Source of the DNA: an uncultured Desulfospira sp.
GTDB taxonomy: Bacteria; Desulfobacterota; Desulfobacteria; Desulfobacterales; Desulfobacteraceae
Assembly: GCA_963663165.1 (NCBI GenBank)
Contig: OY760175.1
Location: forward strand, 3,424,001-3,488,000
Direction of reading: 5' to 3'
Length of the DNA: 64,000 nt
This document shows, one piece after another, positions 40,930-51,277 of the stretch; within the stretch, counting starts at the first letter, position 1; the number at the start of each line of letters is the position of its first letter. The notes below the pieces were generated by a model. That model ran no database searches, had not been told where the DNA came from, and was given only the letters and a program-made list of their open reading frames with translations. Both the position numbers and the translations under genes were made by a program.

Positions 40930-41553
40930 CTACAAATCCTCCGGAGTCTCCTGTGTTTCTTTCTCCAACTGGTCTCTATCTACCACCACACGGTCAATGA
41001 GCCCATACGCACAGGCCTGGGCCCCGGACATGAAAAAATCCCGTTCCGTATCCTCAGCGATTTTTTCCAGGTCCTGTTTGGTATGGAAGGCCAGAATATC
41101 ATTCAGATTGTCCTTCATTCTAAGGATTTCATTGGCCTGAATTTTGATATCCGTTGCCTGGCCCTGGGCACCGCCTAAGGGTTGGTGAATCATGATCCTG
41201 GAATTGGGCAGGGCATACCGTTTGCCGGCAGCGCCGGCAGCCAGGAGAAGGGCCCCCATGCTGGCTGCCTGGCCGATGCACACGGTGGCCACGTCAGGCT
41301 TGATATACTGCATGGTATCGTAAATGGCCAGGCCGGCTGTCACCACCCCGCCGGGAGAATTGATATAAAAACTGATGTCTTTTTCAGGGTCTTCAGACTC
41401 CAGAAACAGCATCTGGGCCACAATCAGGTTGGCAATTTCATTGTCAACCGCAGATCCCAGAAATATAATCCGGTCCTTCAGCAGGCGGGAGTATATATCG
41501 TATGCGCGTTCTCCCCTGTTGCTTTGCTCAACAACCATTGGAATAAGAGGCAC
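40930..41553 (-). CDS. clpP: ClpP protease subunit
   Basis: [24 protein letters not shown] and TERD motifs. Confidence 0.99.
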   Translation of the reverse strand: MPLIPMVVEQSNRGERAYDIYSRLLKDRIIFLGSAVDNEIANLIVAQMLFLESEDPEKDISFYINSPGGVVTAGLAIYDTMQYIKPDVATVCIGQAASMGALLLAAGAAGKRYALPNSRIMIHQPLGGAQGQATDIKIQANEILRMKDNLNDILAFHTKQDLEKIAEDTERDFFMSGAQACAYGLIDRVVVDRDQLEKETQETPEDL

Positions 41554-41604
41554 TGGTTTGACTCCTTTGTATTAGCGTTTTTCCCTTAAGCTTCCCGTAG
41601 AAAA

Positions 41605-42957
41605 TCAGGCTTGTTCTTCTGAGACGGTTTCAGAAGCATCTTGTTTCGTTTCATCGTCCTTTTTGGGATCGACTTCGGTAACACTGCCTTTTTCAATTAT
41701 AAGGTCAACCGCCTTTTTTTCAAGCTGGGTGTGTTTATAATATTCCAGCTGCCTGGGATCCATGTTGAAATAATTCTTAACGGCGTCCACGCTGGCGCTC
41801 ATCCCCTGGGCCATTTCTTCAAAGCTTTTTTCAAGTTCTTCGTCACTGAGTTCAAGGCTTGTCTGGGTAATGATTTTATCCAGGATCAGGTGCCGTCTGG
41901 CCTGTTTCTCCGCCACATCCCGGTACCTGGTTTTCATGGTTTCCCTGTCAAGCCCTGCTTCTTCAAGGCTGGTATTGTTCTGGGCATAGGCCTGTTCGGC
42001 TTCAGCAATGATCCCGTCAAGCTCCCCGTCAACCATGGCATCGGGGATTTCGAACGCCATTTTATCCAGCAGGTGCTGAAACACCTGCTCGCTCATCTCA
42101 TGTTTAACCCTTTGGGTATACCCTTTTTCCAGGTTGTCCCGGATGGCCATTTTGACCTCTTCAAGGGTCTCGTAGGCGCCAAGGCCCTTTACCAGGTCAT
42201 CATTGGCTTCAGGAAGAATCTCCTCCTGGATTTCCTTGAGCGTGACCTTGTAAACAATGGTTTTTCCCTTAAGGTTTTCATCGTGATGGTTGTCTTTGTA
42301 AGCCACTTCTATTTCCAGGTCCTGGACCGGGATGGCACCAATGAGTTTTTCAGAAAATTCATTGGGCAGAACACCCTGGCCGATTCCCATGACATAGTTT
42401 TCAACCTTCGGGGTTTTGTCATAGGCTTCACCATCAAGAAATCCTTCATAATCAATGAGGACAAAATCCGTTTCCTTGACAGGACGTTCTTCTTTAACGG
42501 TTTCTTTGGTGGCCATGGTTTTTTGAATCATGTGGATCTGAGCGTCAATCTCATCTTCGGAAACGGTATACTTTGTTTTGGTAATCTCAATTCCCTCAAA
42601 TTCAATATCATCCAGGTCCGGCTTGATTTCAACGATCATGTCAAATACATAGTCCTGCCCCGGAACCAGTTCCGGCGGATCTATCTGAGGCGCACCCACC
42701 ACGTTCAGGTCATGTTCCCGGATGGCCTCAATAAACGACTCCTGAATCAGATAGGGAGCAACGTCGGCGTGAACATCTTTGGAAAACCGGTTTTCCAAAA
42801 CTTTTCTGGGGATTTTGCCCTTACGGAACCCTTTGATATCCGCTTTGTTCTTCAGCTCGTTGTATGCCTTGTTCAGCTCTTTGGTTATGGTTTCTTTGGG
42901 AATTTCAAAAGAGAGCTTTTTTTTCACGCTGCTCTGGTCTTCGATTTTTACCTGCAT
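41605..42957 (-). CDS. tig: Trigger factor
   Basis: GFRKGKIP ribosome-binding motif; upstream of clpPX. Start placed at MQVKIED. Confidence 0.95.
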   Translation of the reverse strand: MQVKIEDQSSVKKKLSFEIPKETITKELNKAYNELKNKADIKGFRKGKIPRKVLENRFSKDVHADVAPYLIQESFIEAIREHDLNVVGAPQIDPPELVPGQDYVFDMIVEIKPDLDDIEFEGIEITKTKYTVSEDEIDAQIHMIQKTMATKETVKEERPVKETDFVLIDYEGFLDGEAYDKTPKVENYVMGIGQGVLPNEFSEKLIGAIPVQDLEIEVAYKDNHHDENLKGKTIVYKVTLKEIQEEILPEANDDLVKGLGAYETLEEVKMAIRDNLEKGYTQRVKHEMSEQVFQHLLDKMAFEIPDAMVDGELDGIIAEAEQAYAQNNTSLEEAGLDRETMKTRYRDVAEKQARRHLILDKIITQTSLELSDEELEKSFEEMAQGMSASVDAVKNYFNMDPRQLEYYKHTQLEKKAVDLIIEKGSVTEVDPKKDDETKQDASETVSEEQA

Positions 42958-43078
42958 GATTCCGTCCTGTTTAATTAAAAAACAACCTTTTAATATTAAA
43001 AAAATTATGACATAAATATCACAATAATCTAACACTACTATAATTTAACAAAGTTAACTAAAATAACGCTTCTCTATA

Positions 43079-43783
43079 ATGGTGTCAAGAAAATTGGCAA
43101 AACCGGTCTGCCTGATCCTGCTTTTGATCCTTATTTTGCCGGGCTCTATATCATCTCCTTTGTGGGGGGGAAGCCCCATCAAAACCATCCAGAGGACGGT
43201 TGTCATTGATCCGGGCCACGGCGGCGTAGATAAGGGGCTTGAATTCTCCAGCGGGGCCACGGAAAAAAAACTGGCCCTCAACCTTTCTTTAATCACCGCC
43301 AAAATTCTGTCTGAAAAGTATAATGTGGTATTAACCAGAACCGGGGATGTCCAAGTCCCATCGGCCTTAAGAACCGCTGTTGCCAATGAGCGAAAGGCCG
43401 ATCTGTTTGTCAGCATTCACCTGCACGCCCAAGCGGGAGACCAGGGCTTTGTATTTTACTATGATGCGGTTACAGCCCCGTTTCCCAAGACTTCTGCACT
43501 CTGGAAGCACCAGGCATTGCATCACCGGGAAGCCAGCAAAGACGCCGCTGTTTTTTTTGCTGAAAAGCTTAAGACCATTCTGGGCACAGATTTTTTTGTC
43601 ATACCCGTCCCTGCCCCTGTGCTTGAAGGCGCCCTCATGCCGGCCATGATGCTGGAAGTTTCCGGGGATTCACTGTTTTCAGGCCCGGAAACAGATAAAA
43701 AACGGCACGCCTGTGCCCGGAAAATTGCCAGGGGAATAGACCTTTGCCTTAAAAGCAAAATCCCCATCAAAACCCGTAAATAG
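43079..43783 (+). CDS. N-acetylmuramoyl-L-alanine amidase (Amidase_3), signal peptide
   Basis: VIDPGHGG.D.G, TEK, LTR, ADLFVSIH and PA..LE motifs. Confidence 0.88.
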   Translation: MVSRKLAKPVCLILLLILILPGSISSPLWGGSPIKTIQRTVVIDPGHGGVDKGLEFSSGATEKKLALNLSLITAKILSEKYNVVLTRTGDVQVPSALRTAVANERKADLFVSIHLHAQAGDQGFVFYYDAVTAPFPKTSALWKHQALHHREASKDAAVFFAEKLKTILGTDFFVIPVPAPVLEGALMPAMMLEVSGDSLFSGPETDKKRHACARKIARGIDLCLKSKIPIKTRK

Positions 43784-43929
43784 TGCCTGAACAAAAGCCC
43801 GTGTTTGGACGAAAAATTGCCCAGATGCAAGGCGCAAAAGAAATGGCAACCGGAGCAACCTTTAGGGTTGTGAGGATTGCCATTTCTTTTGCAATGCAGC
43901 AGATGGATGATTTTTCGTTCAAACACCAA
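43781..43929 (+). mobile_element. Repeat family A copy 3; its TAG is the amidase stop codon
   Basis: TAGTGCCTGAAC...GTTTGGACGAAAAATTGCCCAGATGCAAGGCG...GGAGCAACC..GGTTGTGAGG...GCAGCAGATGGATGATTTTTCGTTCAAACAC. Confidence 0.8.
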
Positions 43930-43996
43930 ATAAATTCATCCATTTCTTGATTTTCAATTAGATTAATGGTACAAATTTGCCCTATTTTCATGACAC

Positions 43997-44073
43997 CGGG
44001 GCGTAGCGCAGTCTGGTAGCGCGCCTGCTTTGGGAGCAGGATGTCGGGAGTTCGAATCTCTCCGCCCCGACCA
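43997..44073 (+). tRNA. tRNA-Pro(TGG)
   Basis: CGGGGCGTAGCGCAGTCTGGTAGCGCG CCTGC TTTGGGA GCAGG ...GTTCGAATC...CCCGACCA. Confidence 0.97.
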
Positions 44074-44080
44074 GTCAAGT

Positions 44081-45217
44081 TCAAGTTTTCACTGAAGAGG
44101 TCAACCGGGCCACCGCATTTCCGCAAACCACCCCGTCATAACCGGGCAGGGCATTGATTTCCCGTTGCAGTGCCGAGGATTGCAGCACATCCAGCAGTAT
44201 TTTAAGGGTGGGGTGGGCCAACAGGTCATCCGGGATCACCAGGTCGCACCGGGCAGCCCCGATGGGAACAAAATCCAGATGATACGCATTGGCCACTGTT
44301 TTCAGTCCCAAAGCAGCGTCTGCCGCATTACTGGCAATGCGAAAGGCACCGTCTCTGTGGGATTGAACCGTTAGCTGATACCCGTTAATACATGACGGGT
44401 CTACGCCGGCCTGTTTGAGCTTGTCGTCGAGCAATACCCTGAGGGCCGCCCCGGGTTCCCGGTTGATAAAACGGATTCCGGGCTGGGCAAGGTCAGCCAC
44501 AGACCGGATCCCCAGCGGGTTTCCTCTGGCGACAATGAGGCCTTCCTCCAGCACCGCAAACCCAAAAATTTGCCCGCTCATTCCGGCCAATTTCCGGCCG
44601 GCCAGCACCACATTGGCCTCTTCTTTGTCTGTGTTGTGAAGGTGGGTGCCGGCCACGTGGGCCACCCCCTGGGCAAGGCCGTCCAGGGCCCTGTGGCTGG
44701 ATGCAAACCGGCAGTATATATGGGCATCAGATAAAAGCCGGATCACATGATAGCGAAGGATCTCAAAGGCCGGGTCACACCCCATCAGGATAAGGGTTTT
44801 TTCCAGACGGTCCGGGGGAGAAAAGATTTGGGCATTTTTACCGTCATCGGTAAGCAGGCCGTCTGCCGGATGGAGCCCAAAGGGAATAGAATCCGCGCCG
44901 TCAAGGGGAAAACCCACCAGCCGGCTGCGCACCTTTCCAATGGCCAGCCGGGTGGAAGGCCCGGCATTCCCGTGCATCACCTCTACAGGACAGGTCGGGG
45001 TTGCCGACTCCTCAACAAACAGGTCCTCTACCTTGCAGCCGAATATCCGGGCCAGGTGCAGGGCAACCGCTGTATTGGGAAGATACCGGCCGGATTCAAT
45101 GTCATATACGGCCTGGCGGCGGACATTAATTTTCTGGGCCAGGGTCTCCTGGGACCATCCCCGGTCCATGCGGTACTGTTTGACCGTGCAGGTAATAATA
45201 CTATTTTTTCGAGCCAT
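44081..45217 (-). CDS. XRE-type HTH regulator fused to a PBP-like (molybdate/tungstate-binding type) domain
   Basis: SQETLA..VRRQ...IE.G.Y.P HTH; C-terminal GCDPA, HVAGTHL, GNP.GI, INRE.G and ADAALG motifs. Confidence 0.82.
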   Translation of the reverse strand: MARKNSIITCTVKQYRMDRGWSQETLAQKINVRRQAVYDIESGRYLPNTAVALHLARIFGCKVEDLFVEESATPTCPVEVMHGNAGPSTRLAIGKVRSRLVGFPLDGADSIPFGLHPADGLLTDDGKNAQIFSPPDRLEKTLILMGCDPAFEILRYHVIRLLSDAHIYCRFASSHRALDGLAQGVAHVAGTHLHNTDKEEANVVLAGRKLAGMSGQIFGFAVLEEGLIVARGNPLGIRSVADLAQPGIRFINREPGAALRVLLDDKLKQAGVDPSCINGYQLTVQSHRDGAFRIASNAADAALGLKTVANAYHLDFVPIGAARCDLVIPDDLLAHPTLKILLDVLQSSALQREINALPGYDGVVCGNAVARLTSSVKT

Positions 45218-45398
45218 GGTTAACGACTATCTGCCTGTTATCGGTAAAGATTTCTTTTGTTGTCCTGTAACACACACAATTAAGACTTGTCAAAAGACTT
45301 TTAAACACGTCACCACGAAAAATCAATTGTAAGTTCTATCCGCTTGATTTATGATACCTTGAAGTAAGACTATAAAAACAGGTGGGCTAAGGCTTAGC

Positions 45399-45869
45399 AT
45401 GGTTTTTTTTATTTCTGTTATCATCGTCGCCATTCTTTATTTTCTCCAGACAGAGGGGCTTATCTATGTCACCATTGTTGCCGTTGTAGGGGAATTAATC
45501 AATATTTTCATGATTCATACCCTGACCAAATCAATTGAAAAGAAAAGCCAGGCCAAGGCCCGCAGCATAATTGCCCGGTTCCAGAAAAAGCTTCAGGAAA
45601 ATAAAAAAACCATTAAAGATCTTGAGCGGGTAAGGGATGATTCTGTAAAGAAAATTTTTGACGCCAATAAAAAAATCGATGAGTACGAAAAAGAGCTGCA
45701 ACAAAAGCCTCTTAAAGGAGAGTCCCCGTCTAAAGACGAACCGCCTGCCCCATCCGGGACGGCAAAACCAGACATGGCTGCCAAAGCCGGCCATCAGGAA
45801 GGCAAAGCCTCCCGAAAGGAATTTATAGATCTCCCCTCCGGCTCAAACAGAAAGAAAAAAGCGTTTTAA
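45399..45869 (+). CDS. Hypothetical membrane protein with a coiled-coil tail
   Basis: Two N-terminal hydrophobic helices followed by a Lys/Glu-rich helix. Confidence 0.65.
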   Translation: MVFFISVIIVAILYFLQTEGLIYVTIVAVVGELINIFMIHTLTKSIEKKSQAKARSIIARFQKKLQENKKTIKDLERVRDDSVKKIFDANKKIDEYEKELQQKPLKGESPSKDEPPAPSGTAKPDMAAKAGHQEGKASRKEFIDLPSGSNRKKKAF

Positions 45870-45872
45870 TCC

Positions 45873-46241
45873 CTATCGTTGAATTTTAATTTTAATGATC
45901 TGACCGTGCTTGTCCACGGTGGCCAGTCCCTTTGCAAGGGATGTCCCATTTGAGGAATCAATAATCTCAACTTCTTTTTGATACAACTCTTCTAAAGCAT
46001 AACGGGTATCGGGAGTTTTTCCCGTATTTTCCCCGGTTGACCCGGGCAGGGCTTTGCCTCCGGAATCCTTGCCGCCGGCCTGGGTGGCCTGCTGAGCAGC
46101 TTCCTGTCCGGCATGGTCCAGCCGTGCCTGATGCCTCTGGGCAATCAGCTTTGAAACGCCTGAAAATTTCTCGCTGTCATCATTACACCCCGCACATGCC
46201 AACATGAGAAAAACTGAAAATAATGAAATGACTGTTCTCAT
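45873..46241 (-). CDS. Hypothetical exported protein/lipoprotein
   Basis: Signal peptide with lipobox-like LACAGC. Confidence 0.6.
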   Translation of the reverse strand: MRTVISLFSVFLMLACAGCNDDSEKFSGVSKLIAQRHQARLDHAGQEAAQQATQAGGKDSGGKALPGSTGENTGKTPDTRYALEELYQKEVEIIDSSNGTSLAKGLATVDKHGQIIKIKIQR

Positions 46242-46447
46242 TGCCCTGTTTTTGACTCCTCTTGGTGCCCTTTTTTTCAGGCCGGTTCAACATCAAATTT
46301 AGAATTGAACTTCATGGCTTTAATGGTTTGTTACGGGCTTTTACCCATGGTCGGTATCTTATATTAAAAACGAATTCTCTTCAAACAATTATTCAATGTT
46401 GAGATTAAACTTGAAAAAAAAGCCAATACCGATTATAGGTATCAGTT

Positions 46448-46603
46448 CCGGTCGGCAGCCGGATCAGGCGTTATTCTGATCGGTCGCCTCGTAACAGAAG
46501 ACCATGAACCTCGTCAGGTCCGGAAGGAAGCAGCGATAAGTGAGTTCTTCCGTGTCGTGGATCGATCCCGGTCATGCAATCTCTCCTTTCTGCTGCCGGC
46601 CGG
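46448..46603 (+). ncRNA. ffs: Signal recognition particle RNA (~156 nt)
   Basis: Domain IV core GTCAGGTCCGGAAGGAAGCAGC; closing stem CCGGTCGGCAGC/GCTGCCGGCCGG; upstream TTGAAA-17-TATAGG; downstream T-tract. Confidence 0.92.
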
Positions 46604-46784
46604 TTCTTTTCCTTTAAAAATCGCAGATCAATAATATATCTTTTACATTAATTTCAGCCTATTACCATCCAAAACCATGTTTTTTTCCCATAGCCTTGGT
46701 TTCTCCTTGACATGTTTTTAAACAGACTTATTTTTCAGCCATAATTTATTATTTTTAATGATTTACTTTTAATTTAAGGAAGTA

Positions 46785-47399
46785 TTGGAGCAGGAGAAGA
46801 CATTGGTACTTAAAAGCAAAGTCAAAACAGACGACGAAAAACGAGAAGATTCTCCCGAAAGTGCAGATGCCCCAAAGGATTCCGAAAAGGAAAGCAACGA
46901 AGAAAAAACAAACGAGAAAACCCCGGGAGTTGAAGAACTCCAGGAACAACTTGCCTTTGAAAAGGATCGTGTCCTAAGACTTTCTGCTGAATTTGAAAAT
47001 TATAAGAAAAGAAAACAACGGGAAATTGATGACTTTAAAAAATACGCAAACGAAACCGTCTTTAAGCAATTGCTTTCGGTGGTAGACAATCTTGAAAGGG
47101 CCATCACTTCTGCTGAAGATAATCCCGACCTGGCCAGCCTTTTAGAGGGCGTAAAGCTGACCCACAAAGAAACCATCCGGCTTCTTGAGTCCTTTAATGT
47201 CAACCCTGTGGAAGCGGAAAACAAGCCTTTTGATCCCAACTTCCACCAGGCCGTCACCCAGGAAGAAAATAATGATGTCCCGGACGGCACGGTGACCAAC
47301 GTTCTGCAGACAGGGTACCTTTTCCATGACAGGCTGATCCGGCCGTCCATGGTTGTTGTTTCCAAAAAAGCTGAGCCATCTGAAACAGTAAAACAGTAA
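46785..47399 (+). CDS. grpE: Nucleotide exchange factor GrpE (start may be TTG 46803)
   Basis: [28 protein letters not shown], and GY...[11 protein letters not shown] motifs. Confidence 0.97.
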   Translation: MEQEKTLVLKSKVKTDDEKREDSPESADAPKDSEKESNEEKTNEKTPGVEELQEQLAFEKDRVLRLSAEFENYKKRKQREIDDFKKYANETVFKQLLSVVDNLERAITSAEDNPDLASLLEGVKLTHKETIRLLESFNVNPVEAENKPFDPNFHQAVTQEENNDVPDGTVTNVLQTGYLFHDRLIRPSMVVVSKKAEPSETVKQ

Positions 47400-47430
47400 A
47401 AAAATTAAGTATATTTTTGGAGGAAAAATT

Positions 47431-49347
47431 ATGGGTAAAATAATCGGAATTGACCTGGGAACGACCAACTCTTGCGTAGCGGTCATGGAAACAGGTGGAG
47501 AATGTAAGATTATCACCAATGCCGAAGGCGGCCGGACCACCCCTTCCATTGTTGCGATTACCGAGAGCGGAGAAAGGATCGTCGGCCAAACCGCCAAACG
47601 TCAAGCTGTAACCAATCCTGAAAATACGGTGTTTGGCGTTAAACGCCTTGTGGGAAGAAAGTTTAATTCAAAGGAAGTCCAGAATGACATCCCCAACCTT
47701 CCCTATAAAATTGAAGCGGCGCCCAACGGGGATACCCGAATCAATCTGAGAGGAAAACAATACAGCCCGGCTGAAATTTCATCCTTTATTCTGGCCAACA
47801 TCAAAAAAACCGCTGAGGATTATCTGGGCGAAGAAGTCAAAGAAGCCGTCATAACGGTTCCGGCCTATTTTAATGACTCCCAGCGGCAGGCCACCAAAGA
47901 TGCCGGCAAAATTGCAGGTCTTGAGGTCAAACGGATCATCAACGAACCCACCGCAGCCTCTCTGGCCTATGGCCTGGATAAAAAAGGGGAAGAAAAAATT
48001 GCGGTATTTGACCTTGGCGGCGGGACCTTTGACGTGTCTGTCCTTGAAATTGGCGACGGCGTATTTGAGGTCAAATCAACTGCGGGCGATACCCACCTTG
48101 GCGGAGAAGACTTTGACTTGAGGATCATTGACTATATTGCCGAGGAGTTCAGAAAAGATCAGGGCATTGATGTCCGAAGCGACAAAATGGCCCTCCAGCG
48201 GTTAAAAGAAGCGGCCGAGAAGGCCAAAATGGAGTTGTCCACTTCAACGGAAACCGCCATCAATCTGCCGTTTATTACGGCAGACGCCTCCGGCCCCAAA
48301 CATCTGGATGTCAAACTGACCCGGGCCAAACTCGAATCCCTGGTGGCCGACCTTCTGGACAACCTTGAAAAACCCTGCCGGACCGCCATGAAAGAGGCCA
48401 ACCTCGGCCCTGACGGCGTGGATGAAGTGGTTCTCGTGGGCGGCATGACCAGAATGCCGGCAGTCCAGGAACGGGTGGAAAAAATATTTGGCAAAAAACC
48501 CCATAAAGGGGTTAACCCGGACGAGGTGGTGGCCATGGGTGCGGCGGTTCAGGCCGGCGTTCTCCAGGGGGATGTCAATGATGTGCTTCTCCTGGATGTC
48601 ACCCCGCTGTCCTTAGGGATTGAAACTCTGGGCGGTGTCATGACCAAGCTTATTGATAAAAACACCACCATCCCCACCAAAAAGAGCCAGGTCTTTTCAA
48701 CGGCCGCGGACAACCAGCCCGCTGTTTCCATTCACGTTCTTCAAGGCGAGCGGCAGATGGCGGCCGACAACAAGACCTTGGGCCAGTTTGAACTGTCCGA
48801 TATTCCGCCGGCGCCCAGAGGGGTTCCCCAGATTGAGGTCACCTTTGATATTGATGCCAACGGCATTGTTCATGTGGCGGCCAAGGACAAGGCCACCGGC
48901 AAGCAACAGTCCATCCAGATCACGGCCGCATCAGGGCTTTCCGAGGACGAAATCCAGAAAATGGTCAAAGATGCGGAAATGCACGCTGAAGAAGATAAGA
49001 AAAAACGGGATCTGGTGGACACCAGAAACCAGGCCGAAGCCCTCGTGGACCAGACGGAGAAAACCCTTAAGGAACATGGAAACAAGGTAGACGAAGCAAC
49101 CAGACAAGGCATCCAGTCGGCTGTAGAAGCCCTGAAACAGGTTAAGGATTCGGATAATCTGGAAGACATTAAAGCCAAAATCGAAGCCCTGTCCCAGGCA
49201 TCCCATAAACTGGCCGAGGTGATGTACCAGCAGGCATCCCAGGGGGGAGACCAGGCGGCTGGTGCCGGCCCTGAAGCCGGCGGTGCCGCTGCTGACGATG
49301 ATGATGTGGTAGACGCAGATTTCGAAGAGGTCAAAAAAGACAAATAG
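47431..49347 (+). CDS. dnaK: Chaperone DnaK (Hsp70)
   Basis: [36 protein letters not shown], and [10 protein letters not shown] tail. Confidence 0.99.
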   Translation: MGKIIGIDLGTTNSCVAVMETGGECKIITNAEGGRTTPSIVAITESGERIVGQTAKRQAVTNPENTVFGVKRLVGRKFNSKEVQNDIPNLPYKIEAAPNGDTRINLRGKQYSPAEISSFILANIKKTAEDYLGEEVKEAVITVPAYFNDSQRQATKDAGKIAGLEVKRIINEPTAASLAYGLDKKGEEKIAVFDLGGGTFDVSVLEIGDGVFEVKSTAGDTHLGGEDFDLRIIDYIAEEFRKDQGIDVRSDKMALQRLKEAAEKAKMELSTSTETAINLPFITADASGPKHLDVKLTRAKLESLVADLLDNLEKPCRTAMKEANLGPDGVDEVVLVGGMTRMPAVQERVEKIFGKKPHKGVNPDEVVAMGAAVQAGVLQGDVNDVLLLDVTPLSLGIETLGGVMTKLIDKNTTIPTKKSQVFSTAADNQPAVSIHVLQGERQMAADNKTLGQFELSDIPPAPRGVPQIEVTFDIDANGIVHVAAKDKATGKQQSIQITAASGLSEDEIQKMVKDAEMHAEEDKKKRDLVDTRNQAEALVDQTEKTLKEHGNKVDEATRQGIQSAVEALKQVKDSDNLEDIKAKIEALSQASHKLAEVMYQQASQGGDQAAGAGPEAGGAAADDDDVVDADFEEVKKDK

Positions 49348-49425
49348 CGTTTGGATGAAAATTCACCCATCTGCTGCGTTGCAAATTTTTTTGCGCCTTG
49401 CACCTGGATAAATTTTCATCCAAAA
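49345..49425 (-). mobile_element. Repeat family A copy 4 (inner hairpin deleted), fused to the dnaK TAG stop
   Basis: TAGCGTTTGGATGAAAATTCACCCATCTGCTGCGTTGC AAATTTTTTT GCGCCTTGCACCTGGATAAATTTTCATCCAAA. Confidence 0.75.
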
Positions 49426-49495
49426 CCCCCGGATAGCCAAATATTCAGATACACGGCTGTTCTGCAATATGCCGGTGATAATTATAAGGTTGAAG

Positions 49496-49540
49496 AAAAT
49501 CCTGCCTTGGGCTACTATGGTGAGCCCTTGGCAGGATTTT
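49496..49540. terminator. Hairpin downstream of dnaK (probable terminator)
   Basis: AAAATCCTGCC-TT-GGGCT...AGCCC-TT-GGCAGGATTTT. Confidence 0.6.
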
Positions 49541-49684
49541 AATTTTAATCCGGGAGGTTGCAAAACTGGCAACGAAGCCGCCCGGGAAGCCAGCAGCGGG
49601 ACTGCCGGGCCAAGGATAAGTCCAGAACTCATAGACCATGAAAGCCTTCCCAAGAAAATGCTTTCATACCAAAAGGGGTCTTGA

Positions 49685-51274
49685 ATGATCATCACCGAAA
49701 TACTGGAACAAAACAACCGGCTGTATCCCGGTGACATTGCCCTCATTGAGCGGAATCCGGCAACGGGAGCCCGCACCCAGATGACATGGGGACAGTTTTA
49801 CCAGACATCCTGTAAAGTTGCCAATGCCCTTGAAAGAAAAGGGATTCAAAAGTCGGACAAGGTGGTTCAACTCATGACCAATTCCCTTGAATGGCTTCCC
49901 ATTTATTTTGGTATCCTCTACACCGGTGCCTGGGCCGTTCCCTTAAATTTTAGATTTGAGTCGGACAAGATCCTGCTTTGCACACAGGTGGCTGAAGCCA
50001 GGGCCTTTATCTTCGGAGAAGAGTTTATAAAGCACATTGAAGCGGTGAAACCTGAATTGGACAACACCGTGGAAACCTGGATTTTCACCGGCCCCGGGGA
50101 GATTTGCCCGGCTTGGGCATGTCTTTTTGAGGACTTTATCTGCGAAGAAGACGGCACTCAAAGACCGGACGTCCCCATTGCCATTGAAGATGATGCCGCC
50201 CTTTATTTTACCTCCGGCACCACGGGAACCCCCAAGGCCGTTCTTTTAACCCATAGGAACCTTGAACATTCCTGTGATGTGGAACATGCCCACCACAACC
50301 AGACCCGGGACGACACCTTTTTATGCATCCCCCCCCTTTACCACACCGGCGCCAAAATGCACTGGATGGGCAGTTTTCTGGTGGGCGGCAAATGCGTGCT
50401 GCTCAAAGGGGTCAGCCCCAAATGGGTCATTGAAGCGGTATCCGAAGAAAAATGCACCATTGTATGGCTGCTGGTTCCCTGGGCCCACGACATTATCATT
50501 GCCATTGAAAACAATGAAATTGACCTGTCTGCCTATCACCTGAAGCAATGGCGGCTGATGCATATCGGCGCCCAGCCGGTCCCCCCGTCGCTGATCAAAA
50601 CCTGGCACCAGTATTTCCCGGGACAGGATTATGATACCAATTACGGGCTTACGGAATCTTCCGGTCCGGGATGTGTTCACCTGGGCGTGGAAAACACCGG
50701 AACCGTCGGCCCCATCGGCGTACCCGGCCACGGCTGGGAAGCCAAGATCGTGGATGCACAGGGAGACCGGCTGTTTGCCAATGAATCCGGGGAGCTTGTG
50801 GTCAAAGGGCCGGGGGTGATGAAAGCCTATTATAAAAATCCCGAAGCCACCGAAAAAACCCTTAAAGACGGGTGGCTTTATACCGGCGATATTGCCCGGG
50901 CAGACCGGAACGGGTTTATCTGGCTGGTGGACCGGAAAAAAGACATGATTATCTACGGGGGAGAAAATATCTACCCTGTGGAAATTGAGGATTTTTTCAT
51001 GCACCATGACAAAATAAAAGATATTGCCGTCATTGGCGTGCCCGATGACCGGCTTGGAGAAGTTCCGGCGGCCATTATTTCCGTCAAACCCGGGTCGTTT
51101 CTCTGTGAAGCGGATATTCTGGACTTTCAGGCTCAGCTGCCCCGGTACAAACAATTAAAAAAAATTTATTTCGGGGATGTGCCGCGGAATGCCACCGGAA
51201 AGATTGAAAAACCCAAATTACGGCGTATCTACGCCGAAGACAAACGAAAAGATATCAACAAGCTGTTAAAGTAG
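49685..51274 (+). CDS. Class I adenylate-forming enzyme (acyl-CoA synthetase)
   Basis: FTSGTTGTPK, YGLTE, TGD, DRKKD and GKIEK motifs. Confidence 0.93.
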   Translation: MIITEILEQNNRLYPGDIALIERNPATGARTQMTWGQFYQTSCKVANALERKGIQKSDKVVQLMTNSLEWLPIYFGILYTGAWAVPLNFRFESDKILLCTQVAEARAFIFGEEFIKHIEAVKPELDNTVETWIFTGPGEICPAWACLFEDFICEEDGTQRPDVPIAIEDDAALYFTSGTTGTPKAVLLTHRNLEHSCDVEHAHHNQTRDDTFLCIPPLYHTGAKMHWMGSFLVGGKCVLLKGVSPKWVIEAVSEEKCTIVWLLVPWAHDIIIAIENNEIDLSAYHLKQWRLMHIGAQPVPPSLIKTWHQYFPGQDYDTNYGLTESSGPGCVHLGVENTGTVGPIGVPGHGWEAKIVDAQGDRLFANESGELVVKGPGVMKAYYKNPEATEKTLKDGWLYTGDIARADRNGFIWLVDRKKDMIIYGGENIYPVEIEDFFMHHDKIKDIAVIGVPDDRLGEVPAAIISVKPGSFLCEADILDFQAQLPRYKQLKKIYFGDVPRNATGKIEKPKLRRIYAEDKRKDINKLLK

Positions 51275-51277
51275 ACC

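Noticed and set aside
41641..42978. Long antisense ORFs (445 aa opposite tig; also 26025-27122 and 30672-31922)
   Set aside because: They lie antisense to conserved genes, as expected from codon bias, and show no recognisable motifs.
43997..46300. tRNA-Pro (or the other tRNAs) as an island integration site
   Set aside because: No integrase, and I found no duplicated tRNA 3' end in the window.
49541..49684. Possible riboswitch or sigma54 promoter upstream of the acyl-CoA synthetase
   Set aside because: No recognisable aptamer consensus. TGGCAACGAAGCCGC fits GG-N10-GC only weakly and lacks TTGC.
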